Source: Raillietiella orientalis
Taxonomy: Eukaryota
Assembly: GCA_036172245.1 (NCBI GenBank)
Contig: JAYWIR010000020.1
Location: 2,790,001 to 2,854,000 of the forward strand
Length of the DNA: 64,000 nt
Reading direction: 5' to 3'
Position numbers and translations under genes: made by a program. Within the stretch, counting starts at the first letter, position 1. Every line of letters begins with the position of its first letter. The notes below the pieces were generated by a model, which did no database searches, was not told the DNA's origin, and worked only from the letters and a program-made list of their open reading frames with translations. Positions 60,251 through 64,000 of this stretch are shown one piece after another.

Positions 60251-63200
60251 AGCGATTTTCGCTATTACAGAAAGTCACGTTTATTCCGCGTAACAACCCG
60301 GTGCAGATCCGCTGACTGTAATTATTCACTGGTACGAAAAAAAAAAAAAAATTTTTTTTAAGGTTGTCACGACGTCTGGTCCGCGCTCCATGCTTTGATT
60401 ATTCAATAGCGTGTCGGCGCGATTCCAAGGCAACAGGGACAAAAAGAGATCTCACATTAATAATACTAAAACCTCTCGTGCCCGTATATGCTAATGTTTT
60501 CACATTATTTGTCGGATGATGTTTTCTGTTTTAATAACTGTCGCTGGACAGTTATTAAAATTCCACCGCATCACGCATCCCGGTTTGGTTTCCTTCCCTT
60601 CTGCTTCCCCCTTCCTACTTCTTTCAGCTTGGTGGAGGCACCGTAGAGACATTACTTTAGAGATGGAAATCTTCTCATGGCTCCCACACAAAATGCATCC
60701 ATCTTCCACTTCTCAGCAGCCATCTAGAAGAGTTGTTTAGGCAACGTTCTTCCCCTTCTTTCTCTCGCTTTCAAACTGAACAATATGATCGTGCAAACAA
60801 CGCTTTGTGCAGTTTCAAATATGCTCAGGCCGCATGAGAATGGGGGTGGGGGCTTGTGTGGTACTTCATCACCACTGAAGCGAGCCAAGAGGGATGCAGA
60901 TGGCGAAAGCACCCAGGGGTCATTGTGTGGCGTTCTGAAGTTCTTCCGTGCTTTTGGAGCTGCGGATTCAGAAAAAAAAGCTCCAGAACGCTGCTTTTCG
61001 GAAATGCACCGCCTTCGTCCACGGATGGATTCCCCACAATGCGAGTCGGATTGGTCGGTGCGTTCTTCGTGGCGAAAAATTCCGACACCCGAACTTCGCG
61101 GTTGAGGCTTCTTGTGCAACTTGTGTTTTTTTTCTTCTATCCTGGAATCTTGTACAAATTCACACTGGACGTAATTGCAAATCCCGAGAGGCGACACAGA
61201 AGGACCGTGTGTTTCTCATCTCTCCGTTTACAGCAAGTATAGGCCTCTGGTGAAAGAACACGGGAAGCACACGTCGGCAAAATGCATGGGCGCGCAAGCG
61301 TTCATCAGATTGGCATTTGGTACTGGTGCTCCTAACCGGAGGCATTGGTTCGTGGCCATTCCGCAGCCCCCACGTCAGGGACAGTCCTGACATTCTCTTA
61401 GCCTCTGGTCGAGGTTGAGGGCGAGCCGTTCTCGAATGCAACTCCAAACAGTGTGCGACCCCTGCAGAAGTGGTCGTTCCGGGCTTTTTCTTGTCCGTGG
61501 TGTAATCACCGGTTGGGCAATTGATTTATCGGATAGAAAGTTCACGCTTCCATTTTCAAAATGATTCCATTGTTAAAGAAAAAAAAAAAAATGACTGTTG
61601 ACAGACATTTAGCAATTCGGAACCTTTCTCTGTCCAGATTCGGCTTCTGAAAGTGGCCCTGAAAGAGGTCCTGTGAGTTCGTGAACCAGAGGTTCTCTTG
61701 GACACGTGGATGACTGTCGCGCGCTCCGTTCTTGAGGAGAGGCTTCCAGAAATTCACCGCGAATCCCTGGACCAGGGCGGAGAAAGGGAGGAAATTCCAG
61801 TTGCCGAAAAAGATTGCGGTTTCTCGCGTTACCAGAAGTCGGTTCTTCGGAATCCCTCGCAGACATCTTCGGGATGGATAGAATGGGTTGTTGGGTCCCC
61901 ATGATCGCGAAACCAGAGAGCGTGAAGATTTTTTTCCTGCTCGAGGTCCAGTGGACAGGAACGCCTGCACGCGCCCGGAGCTCTGTCGGAACAGCATGCA
62001 AGACGACATCTGAGCCAAACTGCTTTCGTCTGGAATTTCTTTCTTTTCCTTCCTTCTGCTATGTTCATCTCATAGCTTCCAGCCCGGCTTCGACACCGAT
62101 GCTGATGCCGGGAGCCTCACCCACTCTCTTCGGACTCCGGGATTCGGGATGGGGGCTCGAAGTCGCTGCCTACGCTCTGCCGTTCAGTTTCGCTGCATCT
62201 CCGCCGGGTCGTCTCGCAGGTTGCGCACAAGCTTTTCTATAAGGAAAGACTGGAACCTTCGGCATGCTCCTGGAACCGCTCAGCCGCGATCGGGAACTAC
62301 TAATTCCGGTCCCGGGGCGCGTTTGACAGGGAGCAGCCGAAAGAACGTCAAGGCAGCTCCTTCTCGCGAGGAAGGGAAAGCAGAAGCCGTCTCGCGCAGA
62401 GCCAGAGCCTGTCTTGGTGAATGGCGAGAGCAACGCGATGGCGGCGCCAAGTCGTCTCTTCCACGAAACCACAGGACGACAAAGGACGCTGCCACGCTCT
62501 GAAGCACGTTCGAGCAAAGACACTTTTCTGTGCTCCCTGAGAAGCTGGCTGCGCGCTAGTTTTCGCTCCAGGTCAGATTGCCCTCGCCCATGCAAAAATC
62601 TGCACCTGACGGATGCACGCGTTGCGTGGACGCCCGAAAGAGACTCGCCGGCGGAAAACTCCGAAGCACAATGGAAACTTTCACAAGTCGTGAGATCTAA
62701 TGGAACACCGCGTTTTCGTGATCCTTTGAAAGCTGGAAATCCGATTGGGAAAAGGACTGCACGTGATGACGCCGATTTGTTACATAAGTATTTAATGAAT
62801 CAAGCGCGGCTGGGGATCGGCAAAGGGTGAGCGAATTCTGTTTGTTCGTGTCCACCACCACGTGAGTGTGGCAAAATAGAAGCAGGCCTGGTTTCCTGCT
62901 GGGAGCCTTCCGGATGATCTCTCCTTGAACCTTGGACCCGCTATCGATCGAGGAGCCACTCTCCCGAGAGAACGGGTCGTGAAGACTCTACAAGAGGAAG
63001 AGATTTCTGAGGCTGGAAGCGTCCCCCCACGCCTTCGCTTTGGAAGGGTTCGTGAGGACGAGCAGATCACGAAAATCAGGAGCTGCTGCTTCACGGATGG
63101 CACCTCCTTTGACGGCTGTTTCCCTCCTTTCCCTTTTGTATCGACCTTAAACTGAAGACTGACCGCACGACATGGCAACTGGCAAGGGACAGCTCCGCGG

Positions 63201-64000
63201 AAACGGCGGCGACGATCTGTCCGCTCCCACTCTGACGGCAAACAAACGAATGGCTTCGTTTAGATGCGAACGATAAGTTGCCCTGAGATAAGAGAAGACA
63301 CGGTTGGCCTCTGGAATCGAGGGAGAGGGAGATCGAGGAAGTACAGGACTGCGTTCCCAAACTACCAACTTGGTCGGGAACTGCATATCAAGGGTGGTCA
63401 CAAGCGCGCATGCGAAAAGAAAAAAAAAAACAGGGACCAACTTGCCAGATGGCGGGGCAGGCACAATTTGAACGAGGGTTCGGGTTAAACCGACTAGTCA
63501 TCGACGGTCACTTTTCACCCTTCAATGTCGATCGAGATGCGCAGCAGATGATGCGCCAGGAAGCATCCTTTGCAAGATATCTTCCAATATCCTCCTTGCC
63601 CATCCGTGGGTATCAAGGAAAGAAGACCCTTCTTTTCCACCCCGATGCAGCCCGAACTCGCCTCCAACGCCCTCCGGCATGAAGAGGTTCGCTGTCTCGC
63701 AACGGAGTGCAGGCATGGGCCCGCGACTTCGTGATGTCGCACGTCCTTTCGTTGGCTGCCGTAGCGGCTGCGAAGTCGGCAAAGGTCCTCGAGGTCTTGG
63801 CGGGGAGGCCTAAGTGGAGGCGGCCGTCAGTCAGTTCCACCGCAGAAGCGGCAGCAGGTTCGGCCTACCTCCACTCATTCTCGGGAAAATGCCATTCGTC
63901 CAGAGAGGATCCGTTGACACACAATACCCAAGATTAGCCAACATTATTATTATTATTATTTGGGGGGGGAGGGAGAGAGGGGAATAACTTGTCAGTAGTT

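Overview
Eukaryotic, probably invertebrate, genomic DNA; no prokaryotic features. The only protein-coding gene I can support is a minus-strand CLCA-family gene (calcium-activated chloride channel regulator-like). It starts at ATG 10887, has at least 10 exons (~930-950 codons in the window) and runs off the left edge after its C-terminal transmembrane helix. Its zinc-protease motif (HEWAH -> QQWAK) and VWA MIDAS motif (DxSxS -> DNSLR) are both degenerate, and its 3' introns are only 41-56 nt. In the remaining ~53 kb I found no recognisable gene. That region holds: a 3'-truncated U6 snRNA copy (48428-48508); a 567-bp inverted repeat pair with one mismatch (48806-49372 / 54122-54688); an older 111-bp inverted pair (42468-42578 / 44312-44422); a hAT-type MITE with an 8-bp TSD; two pogo/Tigger-like MITE copies; two multi-kb CpG-rich domains; and many mutually unrelated 12-30 bp hairpins. 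The most distinctive pattern is inverted symmetry at three scales. All calls come from manual reading; no database search was run.
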